Source: Candidatus Hadarchaeales archaeon (GTDB lineage: Archaea > Hadarchaeota > Hadarchaeia > Hadarchaeales > Hadarchaeaceae). Taken from it: 32,000 nucleotides of DNA. Positions within the stretch are counted from its first letter, which is position 1, and every line of letters begins with the position of its first letter. The position numbers and the translations under genes were made by a program. Positions 1 to 8,470 of the stretch are shown here, one piece after another. The stretch is from the NCBI GenBank assembly GCA_038823825.1, contig JAWBCC010000003.1:1-32000 (forward strand), given 5' to 3'. Below the pieces are notes generated by a model. The model was given only the letters and a program-made list of their open reading frames with translations, searched no databases and had not been told where the DNA came from.

Positions 1-2
1 TT

Positions 3-3000
3 TCCGAGAACAGGTGGGAAAATGTTTCGAGTTTTCCCGCAACAGTAACAAACGCGAACGATAGACTTGCTTTCGACGGTACGTATTTGTATATGATTAG
101 AGGAGCGACCGATAGCAGTTTCTGGAGATATTCAGTCAAAACGATTCCGGCTTATTCCCTTAAATGGCAGCAAACAATTCCTCTGACGCTCTATGAGTCT
201 CCTGAACAGACATACGCCCAGCCGTACTCTCTTTCTCTTCTCGCAGGTGGGGTAACAAGTCTTGACAATATAAAATTCGCAGATGATAAACCCGCCAGCT
301 TCTCTCAAAGAAGATACATCTATGTTTATGAAAACAAAGGTAGAGGAACGGAAAATACAACGAGTACGAGTTTTGTTGATCTCGAGAATGCCAGAGTAAG
401 TGTTTCTGTCACCGATAATTCATACCTCATCATAAACTTCCACGCCGCTCACAATAGCTCAATGGCCGGCGACAAGGTTGAATTCAGGATAATGGTCGGA
501 ACCTACGTGGTTGCCTACGGTCACGGCGAGATGGGGGTTGCATCTCAGGATACAACGATATCGTTGACTAGGGCCTGGCGCGTGCCCCCCGGAAACTACA
601 CTGTCAGGGCACAATGGAGACGGGCTTCCGGGAGTGGAACACTCTGGTGTTGGGAGAGAAACATAACCGTCTGGGTAGTTCCGGAGAATGCTTTCCGAGT
701 ATTCTCAAACAGAGAGTGGTCAACAGTTTATGCCTCGGACTCGTTCTCTGATCTCTCCGGAATGGTCGCTCAGATTTCTGTATCTGAGGATTCTTACCTC
801 TTTATGAATTTCCATGCATCCTTCGACCATGCAGGAGCAGGAGGGAAAGTTGAGTTCAAACTGATGGTGGACGAAGAAAATGTCGCTTACGCATACGGAA
901 TGACCGCAACGGCTGGTCAAGATCTAATGGTCTCCTTAACCAGAGCTTACCAAGTCTCTCGGGGGACACACACAGTAAAAGTACAATGGAGGAGGGCAAG
1001 CGGTACCGGTACTGTGGCTTGTTGGGAGAGGAGTCTGAATGTTGTTGTCATTCCGGTTCGTGCATTGAGTGTATGGAGTAACAGAAATACCGAGACAAGT
1101 TCGACCTCCGGTTCAACCTGGGTTTCTCTTCCCGGAGCTTCTCTTTCATTCTCGACTCCAAGGGAATCAACTTTAGCCGTACAGTTCCACGCAAGCTTTA
1201 ACGTAAACGCTTCCGGGAACAAGCCAGAGTTCAGAATAATACTTGATGGTGACGAGAGCAACCCGTTGGCGATCGGATATGGATATATGGCTACGACCAG
1301 TCAGGATACCACTATCAGGCTTGTCGCAATGTCACGCGTGAGCGCAGGTGCTCACACGATTGCGGTTCAGTGGAGAGTTGCTTCGGGAACTGGAACCGCC
1401 TATTGTTGGGAGAAAAGCATAAACGCTGTGGCTCTTGAGAATCTCTTCGATTTTGAATTGCTTGGAGAAATCTCCAACATCCCGTTAGCCGACCGTTACA
1501 CGCTAGAAATGAAGTACAGGCTCTCAAGCGATTCCGACGGTTTTGTCGTATATGTGAAAAGCCCGCAGCCTCTTGTGACAGATAACACGGTTGCTCTTTG
1601 GCGCTTCGATGAGGGGAGTGGAGTTCAAGTCTTAGAGAGTAGCGGAAATGGACAGACGGGTTTGATATACGGTGTGAATGTTGGTGTACTCTGGTCAAGT
1701 GATTCCGTATTCGGGTACAGCTTAAACTTTACCGGCTTGGGAGGTTATGTCTTGGTTCCACACTCTTCCATCCTTGCTCCACCAGCGGGTTTCTCTCAAC
1801 TAACGGTTTCAGCTTGGATAAAAGTGCGCGAAGTGAGCGGTCATCATACAATCGTCACTAAACGCAGTTATGTCTGGGAGCCGACGAATGGATGGCAAAT
1901 GTATGTCGAGCCAGCTACGGATCCTGGTAAAGCAAAATTCTGCGTGATACTGAAATCAACTGGAGAAGGCTATTATGGTGTGGCGATTGACAATGCTGTG
2001 AATTTAAATGAATGGACTCATGTAGCATTTACTTACGATAATAACGGAGTCATCCGAGTTTATATCAATGGAGTTGACAGGACGTCAGAAGATTCATGGA
2101 ATTCGAGAGGAGGCGCTGGCAATGTTTTGAGCGCTCCAGACAATCTCTTCATCGGTTGTATAAACGGAACTTCCGAGTGGTTCATTGGATGGATAGATGA
2201 GGTGCGTATAGAGAACCGCGTTCTCACATCAGAAGAAATGGCTATCGAAGCTAGTCTAGAGCGGTTGTGGAGAAAAGTTGGAGAGCTCAGGGGCACTGAC
2301 TGGCAAAGCTTTACAAGGGTAGTCCCAGCAAATTCAGTTGAGAACGGAAGGATTTTGTTCAGGATAGTGGATATAGATCCGTTTTCCAAATCGCAGTCTG
2401 TTGACTTAGATATTGACTACATAAGAGTCTCCGGGTACCGCCTCTGGGAAAATCTAAAATTGAGAATTTATGGTTGTTCAATGAATGACGCCGAAAAAGT
2501 TTTCGTATACGTGTGGAATGGCAGAGAATGGGAAATCATTGGAACACTTCCGCAAGGCTCTCCCGGTTGGCTAACAGCCAATATTCCTTACCTGTATGCG
2601 GTCGGAACATCAGACCTCAAGATTCTCTACAAGTCCGAGGATGACAACGATGAAACGATGACAAAGGTTTGCTTAGACTATGTGGGCATAGGTGAAGGAA
2701 GTTCTTATTCGACTTCTGTCGAAGCATACATTCTGCTCAGTCTGGACGGCGAAAATTGGCAGGAATACGGCCCGTTCACAACTTTCCCTGTCGATCTTTC
2801 CTCTCTTCCACCGGCGAGATTTGTCAGATATCGGCTCAAACTTTTCTCGGATAGAGAAAATATGACGCCCATCGTGAGGAATGTGGAAATAAAAGTTGCT
2901 GCCTATACTGCCGACGAGAACATAGCGTGGGGAGGAATATTCTTCAATTCCTTCAGTGAAGATTATCTCTCACCCAACGGGATCGTCCTGCGGAAATCTG

Positions 3001-6000
3001 ATGGATCAAGAGCGAATGCGGTTCTTGCGACTGAGAACATAACAATCAGGATTAGAGCCTTCAGAGGGGATCTTACAGCTGTGAAGCTCCACGTGATAAC
3101 AGACTCGGGTGAAAACGTTTGGGAAATGAGTAGAACTCCTTCTGGTGCTTATGATTTCTGGACTAAAACCTTCCAGATGCGAGCAAACGAGAACTGGTCA
3201 TACTTCTTTGAGATCCGGGATGGGGACACCGTTGGATATTATGCCGATGACTCACTGAAGGATGGTGGTTCGGGGAGGAAATACGATTCTGAACAGGAAG
3301 CGAGATCGAATGCTTTCAGAATTCACGCACAGGCGCTTCCAACAGATCCGCAGGGAATGGTTATATACGAAGTGATGGTTGACAGGTTTTACGACGGCGA
3401 TCCTTCGAATAATAATCCATCCCAAAGCCCAGGACTTTACGATCCAAGGAGAGAAAATGGTAACTGGAAGTACTACTGGGGAGGAGATCTAAAAGGACTT
3501 ATCCAGAAACTTGACTATATCGCCGGAATGGGAGTTTCGGCAATCTGGATAACTCCGATTGTGAACAATATAGATAGAGCGAGCGAATATGACAACAGCA
3601 CCGGTTATCATGGCTACTGGGCAAAGGACTTCAAACAAATAGAGGAGCACTTTGGGACTTGGCAGGACGTTTATGATCTCGTCTCTGAGGCGAGAAAGAG
3701 GAACATCAGAATCATAATGGATTGGGCGCCAAATCACACGAGTCCGGCTTACTGGGGAGAGAATGGAGCTCTTTACGATAATGGAGTCTTCTGGACGGAT
3801 TATAGGAGAGAGTGGTTCACAGACGCTTTCTGGGCAAGGGAAAATTCAACTGTCAGCACAACCAGCACAACTTTTGTAGATCTTTCCGGCATGGCTTTGG
3901 ATGTTTTTATACATGAGAACTCGTATCTTCTTATAAACTTCCACGCCGCCCATAACATCAACACATGGGGAAAGGCAGAATTTCTCTTGCTCGTTGGAGA
4001 TACGGAGGTGGCAAAGGGTTACAGTCATATGGGACTGGGTGATGGGCAAGACACAACAGTTTCTCTCACACGAGCCTATTTCGTAACGCCCGGCAAATAC
4101 ACAGTTAAAGCGCAGTGGAGACTGGCGGAAGGCACAGGTACCGTCTACTGTTGGGAGAGAAGTCTTTCGGTTATGGTCGTGCCAGCATATTGGATAGTAA
4201 GAGACAATAGGGCGACGGACTGGGTCACAACAACCTCTACCTCCTTTGTTGATATACCCAACATGGCGTCGACAGTAACCGTCACAGAAAATTCATATCT
4301 GCTCGTAAATTTCCACATCTCACACAATGTTGATCACTCGAGTGGCGACGGAAAGGCGGAATTTCAGATCCAAGTTGGGACTGAAAACATTGCGATGGGT
4401 TACAGCAATTCGCCCTGGAAGCAGGACTTAACTCTATCTTTGACGGCTATTCGATTTGTAACGCCAGGAACGTACACGGTTAAAGCTAGGTGGAGATCAG
4501 TAAACGGGTATACCCTTGGTGCTTGGGAGAGAAGCCTCAACGTCGTTGCTATTCCCACTAGAGCTCTTAAAGTCGAGAATATAAGAAGCACAACTCTGAC
4601 ATCTACCACTAGCTCAACTTGGACGTCGCTCCCCAATGCATCCCTTTCCATATCTGTGCCTGAGAATGTAGTCTTAGCAATCAACTTCCACGCCGGATTT
4701 AACAACAATACTTCAGGAGCCAAGCCGCAGTTCATGCTCCGGGTCGATGGAAATCCTGTCGGTGTGGGATACAGCCGGATGGCTATGGCTAGCCAGGACA
4801 CCACTTTCAGGTTAGTCGCAGCAATCCCTGTTTCCGCCGGAAGTCATACGATCGACGTTCAGTGGCGTATTGAAAATGGTATAGGAATCGCATATTGTTG
4901 GGAAAGAAGTTTGAACGTTGTTGCCGTCACGAGAAACTTTAACGAGTTCACATGGAGCTGGGAGAATATCTTCAGACACAATGGAGATATAGACATGCAA
5001 GCCCAGGACGACAGGTGGAACATCCGTTACAGAAATCTGTTACAACTCGCGGATCTTAACCAGCTTAACCCGAGAGTGGACAACTATTTGAAAGAAGCCC
5101 TTAAGCTCTTCCTCGACGCCGGAATCGGGGGTCTAAGGATTGATGCGGCAAAGCATATGGATCCTGGATGGCTAAAGACTCTAGCGGACTTTGTCTATTC
5201 GGGCTGGGAGAACATATATATTATGCATGAATCGGTCGTCGAATTCTGGGATGAAACATATTGGGATGTTTGTCAATTCGATAACAACTACGGCATGCAC
5301 ATGATAAACACAGCATTGGCGTTCATAATCCGAGACGTTTTCGGCTGGAAATCTAGAAACATGTATGAGCTAGAATACTATGTCAACAAGCAATTCTCTT
5401 TCCCAGCCTCGGATATCCTTTGGAATCAAAAGGTCGTCAACGCTGTCGCCTGCCACGACTGGAGTAGATTCCGCTCGATGAACAAAAGCATGAGGGATTC
5501 AGAACTTGCGATAGGTTTTGTTCTCACTCTTCCTGGAATTCCGCTGGTATACTACGGCGAGGAGCAGTATATGTACAACGACAACATCAATCCGAATAAC
5601 GAGATAGGGGGAGACCCATATAACCGCGGAATGATGGTGGCATTCGACAACACTACCACGTACTATCGGCTGGTTAGAAAGCTCGCTGATCTTCGCAAAC
5701 TTAATCCGGCCTTAAGGTATGGAATAATTTCGACGAAATATGTGAGCGAAAATGTTTATGTTTTCCAACGAAAGTTCTTCAACGACGTAGTACTGGTTGC
5801 AATTAACCTTGGAGGAACAGACGTAAACCTCACGAACATCAGCGTAGAAATGCCAGACGACACGTATTCCGATTACTTAGGAGGTATTCTGGGCAACGGA
5901 AGAACGATAACCGTGCAGGGGGGCGTCATCTCATCTCTCACTTTGCCAGCAAGCTCGATGGGCGTCTGGTATTGCTTAACCGAAAACAACGAACCATGGC

Positions 6001-7178
6001 TTGGAGCGATAGATCCCGTTATGGGAAGGGCTGGAAACAAAGTAAGGGTGAGCGGTAAAGGTTTCGGCAAAACGCAGGGGCAGGTGATATTTGACAACGG
6101 AACTCAGAGATGGTATGCAACGATTATCGAATGGGCAGACGATCATGTTTACTTCCAAGTTCCGTCAGGCGTGGTTGTTCCCATTAACAAGCAGCATGTT
6201 GAAGTTTTCGTCAAGAGGGCCGACGGAAAGGAGAGCAATCGGATTCTATTCCAGTACTTAAAAGATAAGCTGGTCCTTGTTGTTCACAGGCTCGATAACA
6301 CGAAGGGCACAGAGCTGGAAACAACGATGGGCGAATTCCTCTTCATTACCGGTAGCGTGGCTGAGTACTCCAACTGGAGCGACAGGAGCGAGAATGCGGT
6401 TGGTCCGATGCTTTGTCCATATTGGGATAATTGGTTTGTTGTGACCGCAGTCCCGCGATCTACGTACATTGAGTTCAAGTTCATAAAGGCCAGACTCGGT
6501 GAAAGTGGAAGTTGGGAGAGCGGAAGCAACCACACATTTACGAGTCCTGAGAATGGCGTGCTATACAGACGCTCGCGGCCCGGTGGAGGGGCTAGTGGAT
6601 TCTCATTACCTCCAGGTAAGGAGTCCGGGGTGCAGAGCTTTACCCTGACCTCATCCGAGAATGTCAAGACTGAAAACGAAAACGTACCACCACTCTCACA
6701 GACCCAACCCTCAGAAAACGAAGTCACAGAAAACGAAGCTACATCATCCCCCGCGATATCGATAAGCAGCTCTGACTCTGGAGTTCTATCGTGGTTCATT
6801 CCAGAGAATGTGGAAGTTGCACGATACGAGGTAATGATTGACGATGATCCATCTTTCTCATCTCCAATAATCATTTCCGTTGTTGGTAACTCGCTTGACG
6901 TTCTAGCTCTTGGACTAGAAGGAGGACAGTACTTCTGGAGAGTTAGGGCGATTCTATCCGACGGCACAGAAATTTTGAGTGAAGTCGGAATGTTTGAGAT
7001 AAAAGCTTCTACCAAGACATCGCAGAAGCCGCTCTGGATACTACCGACCGGAATCGTGTTTGCGGCTCTGATTTCAGTGTTCATGCTCAAAGTTTTCATG
7101 AGAAAAAGAAATGGACGCTTTTTGCGTTACAGGCTCCATTCGATCCGCAAAAGTTTTGATGAAAAAATAAAAGCTTGA
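3..7178 (+). CDS. Giant multidomain extracellular glycoside hydrolase, GH13 CGTase/alpha-amylase-like, partial at 5' (left) edge; C-terminal TM anchor
   Basis: The reading frame is open from nt 3 (SENRWENVSSFPATVTNANDRLAFDGTYLYMIRG...) through the track's TTG at 87. GH13 motifs: DWAPNHT, GLRIDAAKH, HES and ACHD. Followed by a TIG-like domain (IDPVMGRAGNKVRVSGKGFG), a CBM20-like domain (EFLFITGSVAEYSNW...WESGSNHTFTSPENG), an Fn3-like domain and a C-terminal hydrophobic helix with RKRNGR. Confidence 0.9.
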   Translation, partial: SENRWENVSSFPATVTNANDRLAFDGTYLYMIRGATDSSFWRYSVKTIPAYSLKWQQTIPLTLYESPEQTYAQPYSLSLLAGGVTSLDNIKFADDKPASFSQRRYIYVYENKGRGTENTTSTSFVDLENARVSVSVTDNSYLIINFHAAHNSSMAGDKVEFRIMVGTYVVAYGHGEMGVASQDTTISLTRAWRVPPGNYTVRAQWRRASGSGTLWCWERNITVWVVPENAFRVFSNREWSTVYASDSFSDLSGMVAQISVSEDSYLFMNFHASFDHAGAGGKVEFKLMVDEENVAYAYGMTATAGQDLMVSLTRAYQVSRGTHTVKVQWRRASGTGTVACWERSLNVVVIPVRALSVWSNRNTETSSTSGSTWVSLPGASLSFSTPRESTLAVQFHASFNVNASGNKPEFRIILDGDESNPLAIGYGYMATTSQDTTIRLVAMSRVSAGAHTIAVQWRVASGTGTAYCWEKSINAVALENLFDFELLGEISNIPLADRYTLEMKYRLSSDSDGFVVYVKSPQPLVTDNTVALWRFDEGSGVQVLESSGNGQTGLIYGVNVGVLWSSDSVFGYSLNFTGLGGYVLVPHSSILAPPAGFSQLTVSAWIKVREVSGHHTIVTKRSYVWEPTNGWQMYVEPATDPGKAKFCVILKSTGEGYYGVAIDNAVNLNEWTHVAFTYDNNGVIRVYINGVDRTSEDSWNSRGGAGNVLSAPDNLFIGCINGTSEWFIGWIDEVRIENRVLTSEEMAIEASLERLWRKVGELRGTDWQSFTRVVPANSVENGRILFRIVDIDPFSKSQSVDLDIDYIRVSGYRLWENLKLRIYGCSMNDAEKVFVYVWNGREWEIIGTLPQGSPGWLTANIPYLYAVGTSDLKILYKSEDDNDETMTKVCLDYVGIGEGSSYSTSVEAYILLSLDGENWQEYGPFTTFPVDLSSLPPARFVRYRLKLFSDRENMTPIVRNVEIKVAAYTADENIAWGGIFFNSFSEDYLSPNGIVLRKSDGSRANAVLATENITIRIRAFRGDLTAVKLHVITDSGENVWEMSRTPSGAYDFWTKTFQMRANENWSYFFEIRDGDTVGYYADDSLKDGGSGRKYDSEQEARSNAFRIHAQALPTDPQGMVIYEVMVDRFYDGDPSNNNPSQSPGLYDPRRENGNWKYYWGGDLKGLIQKLDYIAGMGVSAIWITPIVNNIDRASEYDNSTGYHGYWAKDFKQIEEHFGTWQDVYDLVSEARKRNIRIIMDWAPNHTSPAYWGENGALYDNGVFWTDYRREWFTDAFWARENSTVSTTSTTFVDLSGMALDVFIHENSYLLINFHAAHNINTWGKAEFLLLVGDTEVAKGYSHMGLGDGQDTTVSLTRAYFVTPGKYTVKAQWRLAEGTGTVYCWERSLSVMVVPAYWIVRDNRATDWVTTTSTSFVDIPNMASTVTVTENSYLLVNFHISHNVDHSSGDGKAEFQIQVGTENIAMGYSNSPWKQDLTLSLTAIRFVTPGTYTVKARWRSVNGYTLGAWERSLNVVAIPTRALKVENIRSTTLTSTTSSTWTSLPNASLSISVPENVVLAINFHAGFNNNTSGAKPQFMLRVDGNPVGVGYSRMAMASQDTTFRLVAAIPVSAGSHTIDVQWRIENGIGIAYCWERSLNVVAVTRNFNEFTWSWENIFRHNGDIDMQAQDDRWNIRYRNLLQLADLNQLNPRVDNYLKEALKLFLDAGIGGLRIDAAKHMDPGWLKTLADFVYSGWENIYIMHESVVEFWDETYWDVCQFDNNYGMHMINTALAFIIRDVFGWKSRNMYELEYYVNKQFSFPASDILWNQKVVNAVACHDWSRFRSMNKSMRDSELAIGFVLTLPGIPLVYYGEEQYMYNDNINPNNEIGGDPYNRGMMVAFDNTTTYYRLVRKLADLRKLNPALRYGIISTKYVSENVYVFQRKFFNDVVLVAINLGGTDVNLTNISVEMPDDTYSDYLGGILGNGRTITVQGGVISSLTLPASSMGVWYCLTENNEPWLGAIDPVMGRAGNKVRVSGKGFGKTQGQVIFDNGTQRWYATIIEWADDHVYFQVPSGVVVPINKQHVEVFVKRADGKESNRILFQYLKDKLVLVVHRLDNTKGTELETTMGEFLFITGSVAEYSNWSDRSENAVGPMLCPYWDNWFVVTAVPRSTYIEFKFIKARLGESGSWESGSNHTFTSPENGVLYRRSRPGGGASGFSLPPGKESGVQSFTLTSSENVKTENENVPPLSQTQPSENEVTENEATSSPAISISSSDSGVLSWFIPENVEVARYEVMIDDDPSFSSPIIISVVGNSLDVLALGLEGGQYFWRVRAILSDGTEILSEVGMFEIKASTKTSQKPLWILPTGIVFAALISVFMLKVFMRKRNGRFLRYRLHSIRKSFDEKIKA
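354..1437 (+). repeat. Three tandem ~110-120 aa beta-sandwich-like domains (block 1: A1-A2-A3) in the GH13 protein
   Basis: Recurring motif NFHAxxN...KxEF...QDTTxSLTRA...V..G.(Y/H)TVKxQWRxASGTGTxxCWERSLNVVxxP seen three times in the translation. Confidence 0.85.
1578..2259 (+). other. LamG/concanavalin A-like domain within the GH13 protein
   Basis: VALWRFDEGSG...DSVFGYSLNFTGLGGYVLVPHSS...FSQLTVSAWIKV...NEWTHVAFTYDNNGVIRVYINGV...NLFIGC...GWIDEVRIENRVLTSEEM is typical of LamG domains. Confidence 0.85.
3846..4931 (+). repeat. Second copy of the three-domain block (A4-A5-A6), positioned inside the GH13 catalytic domain
   Basis: Same motif three times. Flanked upstream by catalytic-domain sequence (APNHTSPAYWGENGALYDNG) and downstream by IFRHNGDIDM...RYRNLLQLADLN...GLRIDAAKH. 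Confidence 0.85.
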
Positions 7179-7233
7179 AAACTGGGAGATCCGAAATTAA
7201 AAGTCTTTTAAGAACAAATTTCAAATCAAAATG

Positions 7234-7242
7234 CTTAAATAT
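7234..7242 (+). promoter_or_regulatory. Putative archaeal TATA box for the histone gene
   Basis: CTTAAATAT in an AT-rich intergenic region about 55-60 nt upstream of the ATG. Confidence 0.35.
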
Positions 7243-7294
7243 CGTAGAAACCAAATAAAACAACTGAAAGATGGAGAAAGGAGGGATTTATTGG

Positions 7295-7498
7295 ATGGAA
7301 CTTCCGCTTGCGACGCTTGAGCGTCTAATTAAGAAGGCAGGAGCGAAAAGAGTGAGCGAGAGCGCAGCCATAGCACTTGGCGAAATCTTGGAAGAAAAAG
7401 CGATGGAGATCTCCAGAGAAGCAATAAAACTGGCGGAGCACGCTGGCCGAAGAACTGTTAGGGATATCGACATAAGACTGGCTGCGAAAAGGTCTTAA
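7295..7498 (+). CDS. Archaeal histone (HMf-like histone fold)
   Basis: MELPLATLERLIKKAGAKRVSESAAIALGEILEEKAMEISREAIKLAEHAGRRTVRDIDIRLAAKRS. GAAAGGAGGGA Shine-Dalgarno just upstream of ATG 7295, which is preferred over the track start at 7271. Confidence 0.92.
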   Translation: MELPLATLERLIKKAGAKRVSESAAIALGEILEEKAMEISREAIKLAEHAGRRTVRDIDIRLAAKRS

Positions 7499-7516
7499 AT
7501 ATCCCCTTCTCCCCTT

Positions 7517-8467
7517 TTGTCTGGTGTGGTTTTGCGTTTGAAAGGGGCGGAGATAGCGATAAAGACGTGTTTGGGGGTCAGGAAGGGCGAAAAGGTTCTC
7601 GTTGTTGCGGATCCGCCGAAGCTCGAAATAGCTCTAGCTCTTTTTGAGGAGGCGCTGAAGGTCGGAGCTCAAGCGAACATCATGCTCATGAAGACTTTGA
7701 CGAGACATGGTGAGGAGCCTCCAGAGATGGTCGCTAGAGCGATGCGGATGGCCGACGTCGTCATCGCACCGACCACCTATTCGATTACGCACACGCAGGC
7801 GAGGTTACAGGCCACTCTTGCAGGAGTGAGGATCGCAACAATGCCAGGGATAACAGAAGATATGATGAGAAGGGGGGCAATGCTGGCAGACTACCTAGAA
7901 GTAGAGAAAAAAACCAAGAAGGTTGCTGGGATTTTGAACAAGGGGTCGAGAGTTAGGATTACCTCAAAAGCTGGAACAGATCTAACTTTCGATATATCTG
8001 GGAGGAAGGCGAAAGCAGACACAGGTATTATCCGGAAACGCGGAGACTTTGGAAATCTGCCAGCTGGAGAAGCATTTATAGCTCCGGTTGAAGGTAGTGG
8101 ACAAGGGAAGGCGGTTATAGATGGTTTGATCTCGTCCTGCGGGCGGAGACGGACGGTTATCACGTTTGTTAACGGAATTGCTGTCAAGATAGAAGGAAAC
8201 GACAAACTTTTCAAGATTGTTTCCAAAGTTGGAAAAAATGCTCGAAATCTCGCCGAATTCGGCATCGGAACGAACAAGATGGCTAGATTTTCCGGGAGCG
8301 TGCTGGAGGAAGAGAAGATTGTTGGAACATGTCACATAGCCCTCGGAGATAATTCGACTTTTGGAGGAAATGTCAGAGCAGGCGTTCATATCGATTGTGT
8401 AATGCTTAAACCGACCGTCGAGGTTGACGGAAGAGTAATTCTCCAGGACGGTCGTCTGCTGGTGTAG
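7517..8467 (+). CDS. Leucyl aminopeptidase / aminopeptidase T (M29)-like protein
   Basis: Full-length ORF with KGEKVLVVADPPKLEIALALFEEA near the N-terminus and GTGTNKMA-like AEFGIGTNKMARFSGSVLEEEKIVGTCHIALGDNSTFGGNV...HIDCVMLKPTVEVDG. Confidence 0.75.
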   Translation: MSGVVLRLKGAEIAIKTCLGVRKGEKVLVVADPPKLEIALALFEEALKVGAQANIMLMKTLTRHGEEPPEMVARAMRMADVVIAPTTYSITHTQARLQATLAGVRIATMPGITEDMMRRGAMLADYLEVEKKTKKVAGILNKGSRVRITSKAGTDLTFDISGRKAKADTGIIRKRGDFGNLPAGEAFIAPVEGSGQGKAVIDGLISSCGRRRTVITFVNGIAVKIEGNDKLFKIVSKVGKNARNLAEFGIGTNKMARFSGSVLEEEKIVGTCHIALGDNSTFGGNVRAGVHIDCVMLKPTVEVDGRVILQDGRLLV

Positions 8468-8470
8468 GTC

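Noticed and set aside
6284-7099. 271-aa minus-strand ORF antisense to the GH13 tail
   Set aside because: Lies wholly opposite well-supported coding sequence; Ser/Pro-rich translation typical of antisense reading.
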